From NCBI GenBank assembly GCA_030264375.1, contig JASCQW010000001.1, positions 68,080,035 through 68,144,034 on the forward strand: a stretch of 64,000 nucleotides of DNA, written 5' to 3'. The position numbers and the translations under genes are program-made. Source of the stretch: Carcharhinus longimanus (taxonomy: Eukaryota). Below are positions 1 to 10,899 of the stretch, one piece after another. The notes below the pieces were generated by a model. It saw nothing but the letters and a program-made list of their open reading frames with translations. It searched no databases and was not told where the DNA came from. Numbering within the stretch: the stretch's first letter is position 1; each line of letters starts with the position of its first letter.

Positions 1-310
1 CGACATCCACGGCCCTTCCCTCGTCAATCGTTTTTGTCACCTCCTCAAAAAACTCAACCAAGTTTGTGAGGCATGACTTACCTCGTACAAAACCATGCTG
101 TCTATCGCTAATTAGATTATTCCGTTCTAAATGCGCATATATCCTATCTCTAAGAATCTTCTCCAATAATTTCCCTACTACGGACATCAAGCTGACCGGC
201 CTATAATTACCCGGGTTATCTTTGCTACCCTTCTTAAATAACAGGACCACATTTGTTATCCTCCAATCCTCTGGGACCTCACCTGTGTCCAATGAAAAGA
301 CAAAGATTTC
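1..310 (-). mobile_element. CR1 LINE ORF2 (reverse transcriptase) fragment
   Basis: Minus-strand translation gives VPEDWR..LFKKGSKDNPGNYRPVSL..GKLLEKILRDRI..QHGFVRGKSCLTNLVEFFEEVT, the typical CR1 RT N-terminal motifs. Confidence 0.93.
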
Positions 311-1554
311 TTTGGAACTCTCTCTACTGACCCATATCTCAGCCTCCAATCTCACCTATATAGCCTTTGTCAGACACCTCCCCCTCCCTCTCCATCCCAG
401 ACTCTGGTCTCTCCCAACTGCTCCCATCCCCAGCCTGACCTCCCTATGCCTCCATAACACTTTATCTACCATCCAACACTACCCTACCCATTACCACCAT
501 CCCTCAATTTGCCTGGCTACAGGGAATGCTAATCAGGTACTGTTGTTAAACTCAGCCGGGCCGGAGAGAAGCCTGTTGTTCCAAGTTTCCTGACTTCTAC
601 CCAGCAATCCTTGCTCCCTCACTGCTGCTGTATAATAATCCAAACCATAGCAATATCATTTTGTAACTGAGTTAAATACTTTTAACATTTTAAAGTTTCC
701 TTGCACTAGTCCCCATTTTCATTTTCTAAATTTTCAATAGCTTTTAAACAAAACAAAATGTTCCTTATAAGCAGCTTGCACTCCATTATTTTACATACTA
801 ACTAAAAAGCAAGGTTCACTGCCAATACATTGTCTCATATTACCTTGAGCCAACACTACTACATTTTTACTCTCAGATGTTTCACATTTGGCTTTTCCGT
901 AATGACATGATTGACTTTCAGATAAAGAATTCACAAAGGTGCAAGGAAATCAAACGCCAACAAGGATGTAAACTGAGATCAATTTAATCATTTATCTAGC
1001 TAATACAACACATTAGCCTTTCAGCTCACCAGCGACAAATTCACCAAATGATAACACAAGCAACTAATGGTAAGTGGGGGAAAAAAATGCCTCTATAAGC
1101 AAATACTGAACTACTCAACAGATACATCATTCTGCCTTAGCACTAGCACACAAACAAATGGAACTGATCTGCATTAACAAAAAAATTTAGTATGATTTTT
1201 TTCCTTCATTCCTTCGCAGCAAATGTGACAAAAATTATTTTCATATGAAGAGTTTATGAAATGTATATCAACAAAGGTTGATAATATCTCGTATACATCT
1301 GCATACATGGCAAAGCATAAATAGAAAACGGCACAGAATTGTACTTCTGTGATAAATGAAATCCAAACTACTTTTAAAATCTGCACCTATTGATGCAAAT
1401 TATTTAGCAAAACAGTGGGAATAGGAATCTTGTTTGCTACAGTTTGAGTTAGACTTGGATCAACAAAATCTATACTGGAATCCTAGCTATGATTACATTA
1501 CTCCAAAGTCTCAGTTCTTTTCAGTGGACAACCAATTATGTTGAATCTGGTACT

Positions 1555-1692
1555 CAATATGGAGATGCCAGCATTGGATTGGGGTGGGCACAGTAAGCAG
1601 TCTCACAACACCAGGTTAAAGTCCAACAGGTTTATTTTGTATTACTAGATTTCAGAGCGCTGCTCTTTCATCAGGTGAGTGAGACTTCTTAC
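1555..1692 (-). mobile_element. Penelope-like terminal-repeat insertion (family A) with minimal hammerhead motif and TSD
   Basis: Minus strand 1644-1677 reads CAC-CTGATGA-A-AGAGC(AGC)GCTCT-GAAA-TC-TA. Flanked by TGAATCTGG(T/C)ACT at 1542-1554 and 1693-1705. Same repeat recurs at 22635, 42558, 51165 and 57684. Confidence 0.75.
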
Positions 1693-2199
1693 TGAATCTG
1701 GCACTATCACTGTGAAATCAATGTTCTTTCAAATGTCCAGTCACTGTGCACAATCCATCAGTAGACTGCTGCGCAGCCAAACACCTTAAAGCAAAGCAGC
1801 CATTGTTTTTGTGCAGCCTATTAGACCGCTGTGCGACAAATTCCCGATTGCTGCACGGCCATAACTTAGAAAATACAGTTTTATTGATAGATACCCAATA
1901 AACGCACTAGACAAAGTTGGGATATTCCATTCCAGTGTAAGGGACTTTTTAATGACATAAGTCATAATTACTAACAAACAACTCCTCTGGCACTGAAAAT
2001 TAACTTTAAAGTATTGTTAGAGAGTTTAAAAGAGTTAAAGTGAACTTTTAGAAGCATAGAATGAGAGTGAAAGATAGAATTAGAAGGTATGCTAGGCACA
2101 GAAGTCGCCTCTCTCCGGCACCATCTTGGGCAAACCACTCTCACTGTCTCCCAGGCTCAAAAAGAAGCAGACACTGCAGGAAGCATGCAAAACATGCAG

Positions 2200-3350
2200 G
2201 CCTACTGCTGAGAGTGAAACAATGCAGTCCCAAGGCCCCCCTCCCCTGCTGACTCCTTGAAAATGTCCAACCTCTGGAAAACAAGCTAGATGAACTCGGA
2301 GCCAGACTCACAATTCAAAACAAACTGAGGGACTGCTGTGTACTGTTTCATAGAGACGTGGCTCACTCCTGCTTCAGTACCCGACAATCAGAGGACTTCT
2401 CAATCCATCGAATGGACTGTACAACAGCCTCAGGCAAAGCTAGGGGAAGTGGGGTCTGCTTCCTAATTAACAGCATCAGATGCCTAGACGTAGCAACATT
2501 GGCAACATTTTGCTCCATGGACATAAAATACCTGATGCTAAAATGCTGCCCCTACTATCTTGCACAGGAGTTCACCTCTGTTATCCTGATGGCAATTTAC
2601 ATCCCACCCCATGCAGACGTGAAGATCGCGCTGGACGAAATATATACCACTATGAATGGCCTTGAGACGAAACATCCCGAGGCTTTGTTCATTGTGACCA
2701 AGGACTTCAATCAGGCCAAATTCAACAGCGTATTATCAAGTTACTGCCAACACATCTCCTGTTCCACTAGAGGCCCAATCATCCTAGACCACTGCTACAC
2801 AAATATCAAACATACCTACCACTCTATTACCTGCCCACACTTTGGCAAATCAGACCACAAGGCTCTGCTCCTGCTCCCAGCTTAGAAGCAAAAACTGAAG
2901 CAGGAGAATCCAAAGAAAGTCTTGCAATGTTGGTCTGAGGAATCAGACGATCTCCTACAGGGCTTTTTGGAGTCAGTGGCCTGGTCAGTATTTAAAAATT
3001 CTGCAATCTGCCTGAACGAGTACACCACTACAGTAACTGACTTCATTAGTAAGTGTGTGGAAGACTGTGTACCAAACAAGCAAATCCGTGTGTTCCCCAA
3101 CCGGAAAGCAGGATGAACAGGGCTATCCATTGCTTGCTGAAGTCCAGGTCTGAGGCGTTCAAGTCAGATGACACTGGCCTACACAAGACAGACAGATACG
3201 ATCCAAGGAGATCCATCAAATGTGCCAAAACAAGGACACCTATGTCAGACTCCTATTTATTGACAATAGCTCAGCCGTCAACACTATTATTCCCACAAAA
3301 CTCATGTCCAAACTCCGTATCCTGGCCCTCGGCACCTCCCTCTTGCAATT
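2200..3350 (+). mobile_element. Rex1/Babar LINE fragment (APE endonuclease plus internally deleted RT piece)
   Basis: ORF 2358-2885 has SGKARGSGVCFLIN..CCPYYLAQEFTSVILMAIYIPPHAD..HPEALFIVTKDFNQ..LDHCY..FGKSDH; a downstream [11 protein letters not shown]-like RT motif lies near 3230; frameshifts and stops present. Confidence 0.88.
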
Positions 3351-3731
3351 CCTCTCCGGGTGAGCCACAAAGAAAAGCGTGCCCGGACAATTCACCACTG
3401 GGCTCACTAAACACATGTATATCAGCATATAAATAAATGTGAATAAATTATTCAGCCTCTTGCCCATTTCTAGTGAGAGGCTGACCATACCAGAAAACCG
3501 GCTTTTGTAAAATTGCGAGAGCCAAGAAATTGGGCTTGACCTCAATTTCTCAGCTCTCGCGCGATTTTAACGGCTTGCTCTGTCTATCAATGGGTTGGGC
3601 GAATTGGTAAAGGCCTGGTCTGCATGTTTCAGCAAAGATTCTTTGATTTGATTGGTTCAGGAGACACACTGTTGTTGCCCTGTTGGCACATGTACCAGAT
3701 CCCCTGTAGAAAGTACTATTCTGACAGTTGC

Positions 3732-3803
3732 GCGATGGTGGTATAGTGGTGAGCATAGCTATCTTCCAAGCAGTTGACGCGGGTTCGATTCCCAGCCATC
3801 GCA
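3732..3803 (+). tRNA. tRNA-Gly(TCC), probably a pseudogene copy
   Basis: 72-nt sequence closely matching vertebrate tRNA-Gly-TCC. Acceptor stem GCGATGG/CCATCGC is intact, the A and B boxes are intact and the anticodon loop is CTTCCAA. The anticodon stem (GCTAT/GCAGT) and T stem (GCGGG/CCCAG) have mismatches, and there is no adjacent T4+ terminator. Confidence 0.85.
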
Positions 3804-3815
3804 TTGATAATTTGT

Positions 3816-3950
3816 TTAGGGGATTAAGGGTTATGGGGAGAGGGCGGGAAAGTGGAACTGAGCCACGACAGATCAGCCATGATCTTATTGAATGGCGGGG
3901 CAGGCTCGAAGGGCTAGATGGCCTACTCCTGCTCCTATTTATGTTCTTAT
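3816..3950 (+). mobile_element. Young CR1 LINE 3' tail
   Basis: GGATTAAGGGTTATGGGGAG...CAGATCAGCCATGATC...GGCCTACTCCTGCTCCTATTTATGTTCTTAT; near-identical copy at about 35665-35790 and an inverse copy at about 60162-60237. Confidence 0.85.
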
Positions 3951-4129
3951 TTAAATTTCCCATTACCAAAACTTCCAGTGCAAAACACATAAAATTGATC
4001 ACTTACAGTCTGGTGCATCATAACTCTGAACTTCCAGAAAAACTGTCAGCCACATTAAAGTCTGAGGAATTTCTGCTCAGCCACAACCAAAAGTACACAG
4101 AAAGGCCATCACAACAATGGTGACTACTG

Positions 4130-4375
4130 ATTTAAGTTGAATGACAAAAGAACCAAAAATGACAGGAGGAAAATTTTAACACAGTGATTAGCATCTGGAA
4201 TGCACTGCCTAAGAATGTGGAGCAAATTCAGTTGTTGCTTTCAAAAGGGTATTGGATAATTATTTAAAGGGAAAAGATTTAATGGGTTACAGGAAAAAGG
4301 CAAGGGATTGAGTGGCTCTTGCGGAGAGCCAGCATTGGGCAAATTGCCTCATTCTGTGTCCTGACCATTCCCTAT
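4130..4375 (+). mobile_element. Old CR1 3' end
   Basis: Degenerate RKNF..WNALP C-terminal motif followed by a CR1-type 3' UTR; paralogous to 32240-32485. Confidence 0.65.
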
Positions 4376-4394
4376 GACAATGTCTCTGTCAGTC

Positions 4395-4525
4395 ACCTTG
4401 CCAAACAATCAGCACTCTTGTTTCCTATAGTATAAATTGTTTGGAATTTGGTATTCCTGCATTTGTCCTGAAAAGTGCAAGACAAAAACCTTTAGCAAAA
4501 TGTCTCATTTTTCAGCAGTATTCAT
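4395..4525 (+). mobile_element. Decayed repeat with hammerhead-like remnant (possible third Penelope-type family)
   Basis: 4462-4499 TTTGTC-CTGAAAA-GT(GCAA)GAC-AAAAACCTTT-AGCAAA resembles a CTGANGA..GAAA scaffold with both core halves mutated. Confidence 0.35.
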
Positions 4526-4539
4526 TTTATGATTCTACA

Positions 4540-4935
4540 TCTGCTATATTTTTGCCCACTCATTCAACGAATCTATAAACTTTCTGTGTCCTCTTCGTAT
4601 CCTCCTCACAGCTTACATCTAACTTAGATACATTACACTCAGCTCTCCCATCTAAATCACAAATATAAATTGTAAATAACAGGTTCAAACATTGATATTT
4701 GCAGTACTTTACTGGCTACAGCATGCCCAAATTATTCCTACTCTCTGCTTTCTATTTGTTGACCAACTCTCAATCCCAAATATACCAATCCCATAATCCC
4801 TAAATTTGTGTAATAAAACCATATGCTATCTTACAAAAGCTTTTTGAAAGTTCAAATATACCATATCCATAGGCTCCTTCTTATCTATCCCACGAGTTAC
4901 TACTTTATAAAACTTCAAAAGATGCATCAAGCACA
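4540..4935 (-). mobile_element. Old CR1 ORF2 fragment
   Basis: Degenerate reverse-complement match to the CR1 RT region (MDMVY..FQKAF..). Confidence 0.6.
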
Positions 4936-4939
4936 ATCT

Positions 4940-6100
4940 TTTACCTGAGTCAGGAGGTTATGGGTTCAAGCCCCACTACAGGGCTTGAGCACAAGAAACA
5001 ATTCAGCAGACATGCTATTGCAGTTTTGAGTGCTACACTGTTGGAGATGCTGTCTTTCAGGTGAAATGATAAATCCCATACCTGTCAATGACACCAAACT
5101 TGGAAGAGTGGTAAACAGTGAGGATGATGCAAATCACCTGCAACATGTCATAGGCTAGCAGAATGGGCAGACGGAATTTAATGTAGAGAAGTGTAAAGTG
5201 ATGCAATTTGGCAGAAGAGATATGGAAAGGCGATCTAGACTTAATGGCACAGTTCTAAAGAGTGTGCAGGAATGATCTGGGGGTGCACATACATCAATCT
5301 TTTGAAGGTGGCAGGATATATTGAGAGAGAAATTAGCAAAGCATTTGGGCGGGATTATGGTTTCATAAATAGATGCATTGAGCACAAGTTATGCTAAATC
5401 TTTATAAAGCAATGGTTAGGCCATAGCTCGAGTACTGCATCCAGTTGTGGTCATCATACCCTGGAAAGGAGATAAGAATCCTTGTGAGGGTGCAGAAAAG
5501 ATTTACCAGAATACTTCCAGAGATGAGGGATTTTAGCTGCAAGGTTAGATTAGAGGGGCTGGGGTTGTTCTTTGAGCAAAGGAGATTGAGGGGAGATTTG
5601 ATAAAAGCATACAAGATTATGACATATTTCTTCATTGTTGATAAGGTAAAATTGAATACCTGATAGGATAAGAACTAGGAGACAAAGATTTAAGGTTTTG
5701 AGGAAGAGATGTAGGATGGATGTGAGGAAGAACATTTTTCTTCACACAGCAAGTGGCAAAGGCCTGCAACATGCAGCCCATGAGAATGATGGAAATAAAA
5801 ACAATGATTTTAAAAGGAAATTGGATGGACATTTAAAGGAAATTAAAGGGCCTCAGGGTCAAATAAGGGAGTGGAACTAACTATAATGTTCCAAAGAGAG
5901 TTGGCATGGACTTGGTGGGTCAAATGGCCTCTTCTGTGCCATAATTGATTTTCTGACTCTGACTGTTTCAAAGAAGAGCAAGGGAGATTGTAGTGGGGTC
6001 CTGACCAATATTTATCCCTCAATCAACATCAGAAAAATGGATTATCTGGTCATTATCACATTGCTGTTTGGGGAAGCTAGCTCTGTATTAACTGGCCTCT
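4940..6100 (+). mobile_element. Deu-domain tRNA-derived SINE (SacSINE1/AmnSINE1-related) split by a CR1 insertion
   Basis: Head with B box GGTTCAAGCCC at about 4960. The Deu-like core GAAGAGCAAGGG..CCAATATTTATCCCTC..GATTATCTGGTCATTATCACATTGCTGTTT resumes at about 5965-6100. Homologous to the intact copy at 28826-29246. Confidence 0.7.
5085..5945 (+). mobile_element. CR1 LINE 3' part (RT C-terminus plus 3' UTR)
   Basis: DDTKLGR, KCKVMQFG, LEYCIQLWS, RVQKRFTRILP, EQRRLRGDLIKAYKI motifs. Confidence 0.9.
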
Positions 6101-6769
6101 TTTGGCATACACACAATCAACCTACTCTTTTTGAATGCCATTCTCCCCCTGTGCCTATTCTAGCTTGAGTGTAGGAACTTCAGATAGTGGTTGGCTCATA
6201 CATTACAGCAGAATCATGGGATTATGGTGGCTCTCATGTCATATCAGCTTAATAATGTCTCCTACTGATGAAGTGCTGTAAAGGGAATAGTCAGAGACAT
6301 GTCAACCCAAGACAGAATGCAGAATTAAGCAGTTTTGACAGTTGGCTTGTTTGGGTCTCATCATCACCATCCTCTTCCCGCTGTGCTCCCCATTGCTATG
6401 GTAGATTTGGGAGAAAGGAGCTAAAATGCACGAGTGGAGAAAAGCATCAAGATTGTGTCAGGGCAACAGCACAGGTGCTTAATCATGGAGTTAGCGTTGA
6501 CTAGGTAACACACCGTACAGCTCTTCTTATACCTCCAGAGCACTCTTTACCTGCTTAAAGCAATACTTTATTACTTCAACCTTCACAGTGCTTGCTCTCT
6601 GATGGAATGAAATTTGAAAGTAATTCAATATCCCTCAAAGGTGGTTATGGCTGTTCAAACGCACACTGTTAATTTAGCAAGAAATCTTCAGTCACAGAAT
6701 TGGCTATGAATATAAAAAATGAGATGACAGGTCTGTGATTAAAGCCACTATGATAACCCTTTATCGATA

Positions 6770-7745
6770 GAGTCATAGAGGTTTACAGCATGGAAACAGG
6801 TCTTTTGGCCCAACTTGTCCATGCCACATTTTTTTTTTAAAACAACTAAGCTAGTCAGTTGCCCATGTTTGGCCCATATCCCTCGATAGTCATCTTACTC
6901 ATGTAACTATCTAAATGCTTTTTAAAAGGCAAACTTGTACCCACCTCTACCACTGCCTCTGGCAGCTTGTTCCATCCTCTGAAAAAAAATGCCTCCCTGG
7001 ACCCTTTTGTATTTCTCCCCTCTCACCTTAAACCTATGCCCTCGTTTTAGACTCCCCTACCTTTGGGAAAAGATAGTGACTATCTACCTGACCTAGGTCC
7101 CTCATTATGATCTTCTATAAGATCACCCTTCAGCCTCCTGCGCTCCAGAGAAAAATATCCCAGTCTATCCAGCCTCTCCTTGTAACTCTAACCATCAAGT
7201 CCCAGTAGCACGCAAATAAATCTTTTCTACACTCTAATTTAATAATATCTAAAGAACAAAAAAAATTACAGCACAGGAACAGGCCCTTCAGCCCTCCAAG
7301 CCTGCACCGACCATGCTGCCCAACTGAATGAAAACCCCCTATCCTTCCAGGAACCATATCCCTCTACTGCCATCCTATTCATGTATTTGTCAAGACACCC
7401 TTCAAAAGTCACTACTGTACCCTCTTCCAATGCCTCCCCTGACAATGAGTTCCAGGCACCCACTAATCTCTGTAAAAAATCTGCCTCGTATATCTCCTTT
7501 AAACCTGAGCCCCCTAGTAATTGACTCTTCCACCCTGGGAAAAAGCTTCCAGCTATACATTCTGTCCATGCCTCTCAAAATCTTGTGGACTTCTATCCCA
7601 TCTCCCCTCAACCTCCGTTGTTCCAATGAGAACAAACTAAGTTTCTCCAATCTCTCCTCATAGCCAATGCCCTCCATACCAGGCAATGTCCTGGTAAATC
7701 TTTTCTGTACCTTCTCCAAAGCCTCCACATCCTTCTGGTAGTGTG
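6770..7745 (-). mobile_element. Two adjacent/nested CR1 3' fragments
   Basis: ORF 7402-7788 has HYQKDVEALEKVQKRFTRTLPG..EQRRLRGD; two CR1 3' tails (CTATGACT-type at about 6770, TTCTTT-type at about 7255). Confidence 0.9.
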
Positions 7746-7749
7746 ACTT

Positions 7750-8995
7750 CACGCTAGAGGCCACACAATAGTTGGTCCCGTAAAGCATCCTGGAGTAAGA
7801 TTTCTGAACTCAGTGCTCAGCTAGTCTCTTCAGAGTGGCCATAAATTGTGCAACAGACTCCCCTTTGATTTGGTCTTGTTTGTAGAATCAAAAATGTTCA
7901 ACAGTCATTAGTTGCTTTGGAGAAAAATGAGCTTTTAATACATCACACAAATCTTGCTAAATCTTCTCCTCTAGTTTGTCAGATTGCACCAAATTCAAGA
8001 CAGTGAAGGTCTTGCTCCCTGTGGTACTCAGGAAAACCAGCACTACCAGGTTTTTGCCCAGATTATTTGCTGCTAGATAAGCGCTGAAGCACTCTGTACA
8101 AGGTATCCAGCCCTGTCTCTTCATCAAAGAGGCCTAGGCCCCAAATCTGGCCGTCATTTCATTTTTCTGCTGGCAGGAATTTTTCCCCACCAAACAAGCA
8201 TAGGCCCAAAGCTTTACTCCCACCCACAGCCCAAGTCCACTTGGCATCCACTTTCCAAATCCCCTCAGCATCCGCTTCCTCAACACTCCTTCCTCATCCT
8301 CAACTGCAGCTGACTCCCCTCAGCTGCTTCTTGCAATGGCTGCTCCCTCGACTATTGAGGTCAACTCTCCTTCCCCACCGCTTTCTACATAAGTCTAGAT
8401 CCAAAGTCTCTTCTCGCTACTGACAACAGTAGTCGTCTGCAGCCCGAGTCCCCTCAGTGTCCGCTTTCAGTGATGTTTTTGGCCGACTAGCAACTCTCCC
8501 TGAACAAACTGTTCTAAATGAAGTAACCGTGGTCGGAACACCCTGCCCATTCTTCACAGGGATGTTGCACTGCGATTCTTTTCCAGAGTCATCCTATGAA
8601 GCCCCAGGGGGCAATGCTTGATCTCCTTCCCTTTTTTTTCCCCAGAATGGAATGCCAGCAGAATACATAAACCATGAAGCAGTCTTGTCACCAGTTATTA
8701 GGTATGTTCGTTTGGACTAAGGATGCATAAAGAATCATAAGGTAGGTTTGATAACTTGAACACTGGGAGCTCTTTGTTTATCAAACCTACCTTGTGATTC
8801 TTTGTGCATCCTTAGTCCAAATGAACATACCTAATAACCGGTGACAAGGCTGCTTCACCCTTTATGTATTCTGCTGGTGTTCCATTCTGGCACTCATTCA
8901 CAGTTAGACCTAACACTGCCCATAGGGTCCCACATGATAGGAGCTAATTTCCCAGGGTCACTCTGCACCCCAAACCCCAACATACCATGCACATA
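7750..8995 (-). mobile_element. Ty3/Gypsy LTR retrotransposon remnant (5' LTR, PBS/leader, degenerate gag)
   Basis: Minus strand about 7810-8155 translates to gag-like FDEETG..YLAANN..FLSTTGSKTF..LKAHFSPK..FYKQDQIKGESVAQFMATLKRLAEH. A PBS-like TGGTGACAAG follows an LTR-like end ..CCTAATAAC at about 8693. Confidence 0.7.
8642..8890. repeat. Long inverted repeat (about 113-bp arms, 23-nt spacer)
   Basis: 8642-8754 is the near-perfect reverse complement of 8778-8890. Confidence 0.95.
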
Positions 8996-10342
8996 TATCA
9001 GAAATATTTAACCAAAAGCTCGGTCAAGTAGGTTGGTTATCTGATCTGATTTCTCTGAGAGATTCAGGTCGTACTTTGTTTTCATAATGCCCATGAAGCA
9101 CCTTGACATCTCGTTAAATTAGAAGCACTGTATCAGCAGCAACTTGTATAACAGTAATACCAACCTTAAAATATTATGTTTTTTAACTCTGAAGGCAAGT
9201 CAAATCACAACAATAGGAAACTGTTTAATATTTAAACTTCTTATGGGTGTGTTTTCAGAATGCAATTGTAGTATCTGTCCAATTTCAGAAATTTCAACCA
9301 GCTTAAAGTTTTATCCTGGTGTCTTCGTTGATGAGAGGAACAAAATAGGGACACAGATGTATAACACAACAAACATTATTAAATATAGTTAACCTTTAAA
9401 TTACCCACTATGTATCCAAGAAACACCCAGAATTCAGCTATACTATCCATAAAGCTGGCTTGGTAGGCTGTAGATCCAGTCCATGAGTCCCTCTGGTTCA
9501 TCTTCGCGAAGGTGATTCTTGCTGACAGTTTCTTCCTTGATTGCTTCTTTCCTTCTTTCTCTGGCCTGGTCTCAACGGTCTCCCGGTTTTGCTCCCAAGG
9601 TGTCCGGCATGCCTATTTTATCCCTGTGACTGTCATGTTTTCCAGCTGCCTTTGGCTTTCTGCCAATGGGGTCTCGGGTTGTCTCAGCACGCAATGGTCG
9701 AACTGATGATTTGTTGACAGGACACCTCAGCCCACCCAGACACCTTGGAGTCTGGCCACATCTAGGCTGTGGACAATAGGCCGGTGCATATCAAATAGGA
9801 GCAATGATAGTTTGATGGTTCATCTTTAGGGTGGATCCAGATATGCCCAGGCGGCCTGAGTTCTATATATTCAAACTTTGGCCAGGTCTGATTTTCTGCT
9901 AATTGCTGGAGCTAACTGTAGATTTAAATGGAAAGAAGAAGCAGCGCTTTCCTTCCTACCCTTTCTTTTACACATCCCCCAACCCCCCTGCAAGCCCCGC
10001 CCCCCGCCCAACCCGCTCACCTCCAATTGTGAAATTTCTGCTTAGGCTACTTGAATAAGAAAACTGCAATTCTGGAAGAAATCGCAACATAAAGATCTCT
10101 TTTGAAAGACAAAATGCCCATGAATAAAAACAGAATTGCACTTGACAGTGATCAGACCTCAGCATTCCTTAGAACTGTTCAATAAAAGGACCAGGATCCC
10201 ATTCTGAAACATTATATAACAATTCCAGTTGAAAAATGTGTTGCATGTGGAACTTTGTTGCTCATCCACGCTTTCATCACCTCCACAATCATGGAGGTGA
10301 GGGACAGCGAACATTTGGGAACGCTACCACCTGGAGGTCCTG

Positions 10343-10344
<2 letters not shown>

Positions 10345-10416
<72 letters not shown>
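10345..10416. other. Poly-G run at a gap edge (likely sequencing artefact)
   Basis: 72 consecutive G directly abutting an N gap. Confidence 0.8.
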
Positions 10417-10517
10417 NNNNNNNNNNNNNNNNNNNNNNNNNNNNNNNNNNNNNNNNNNNNNNNNNNNNNNNNNNNNNNNNNNNNNNNNNNNNNNNNNNNN
10501 NNNNNNNNNNNNNNNNC

Positions 10518-10866
10518 ACTCAGAGGGTGGTGAGTGAGTGGAATCGGCTGCCGTCAGTGGTGGTAGAGGTGAACTCACTGGGGTCTTTTAAAATACTTCT
10601 GGATGAGTATATCGGTTTTAATGGGATTGGGAGTTACAGATAGTTCTGTGGCTTGATAGGTATGGATGTGATCGGCGCAACTTGTGGGCCGAAGGGCCTG
10701 TTTGTGCTGTAGTGTTCTATGTTAAGAAAAACTTGGACAGGTACATAGATAAAAGGGGTGTGGAAGGATATGGTCCAGGTGCAGGTCAGTGGGGCTGGGC
10801 AGAAAAATGGTTTGGCACAGCCAACAAGGGCCAAAAGGCCTGTTTCTGTGCTGTAATGTTCTATGG
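10518..10866 (+). mobile_element. Two CR1 3' end fragments
   Basis: TQRVVSEWNRLP motif; two GGCCTGTTT..TGTGCTGTA..GTTCTATG tails. Confidence 0.85.
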
Positions 10867-10899
10867 ATCTAAGACATCACTATTTATTTCCACAAGTAT

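Noticed and set aside
10236-10643. Poly-Gly/poly-Pro ORFs and potential G-quadruplex
   Set aside because: Derived from a poly-G run abutting an N gap, typical of two-colour sequencing dropout; not trusted as genomic.
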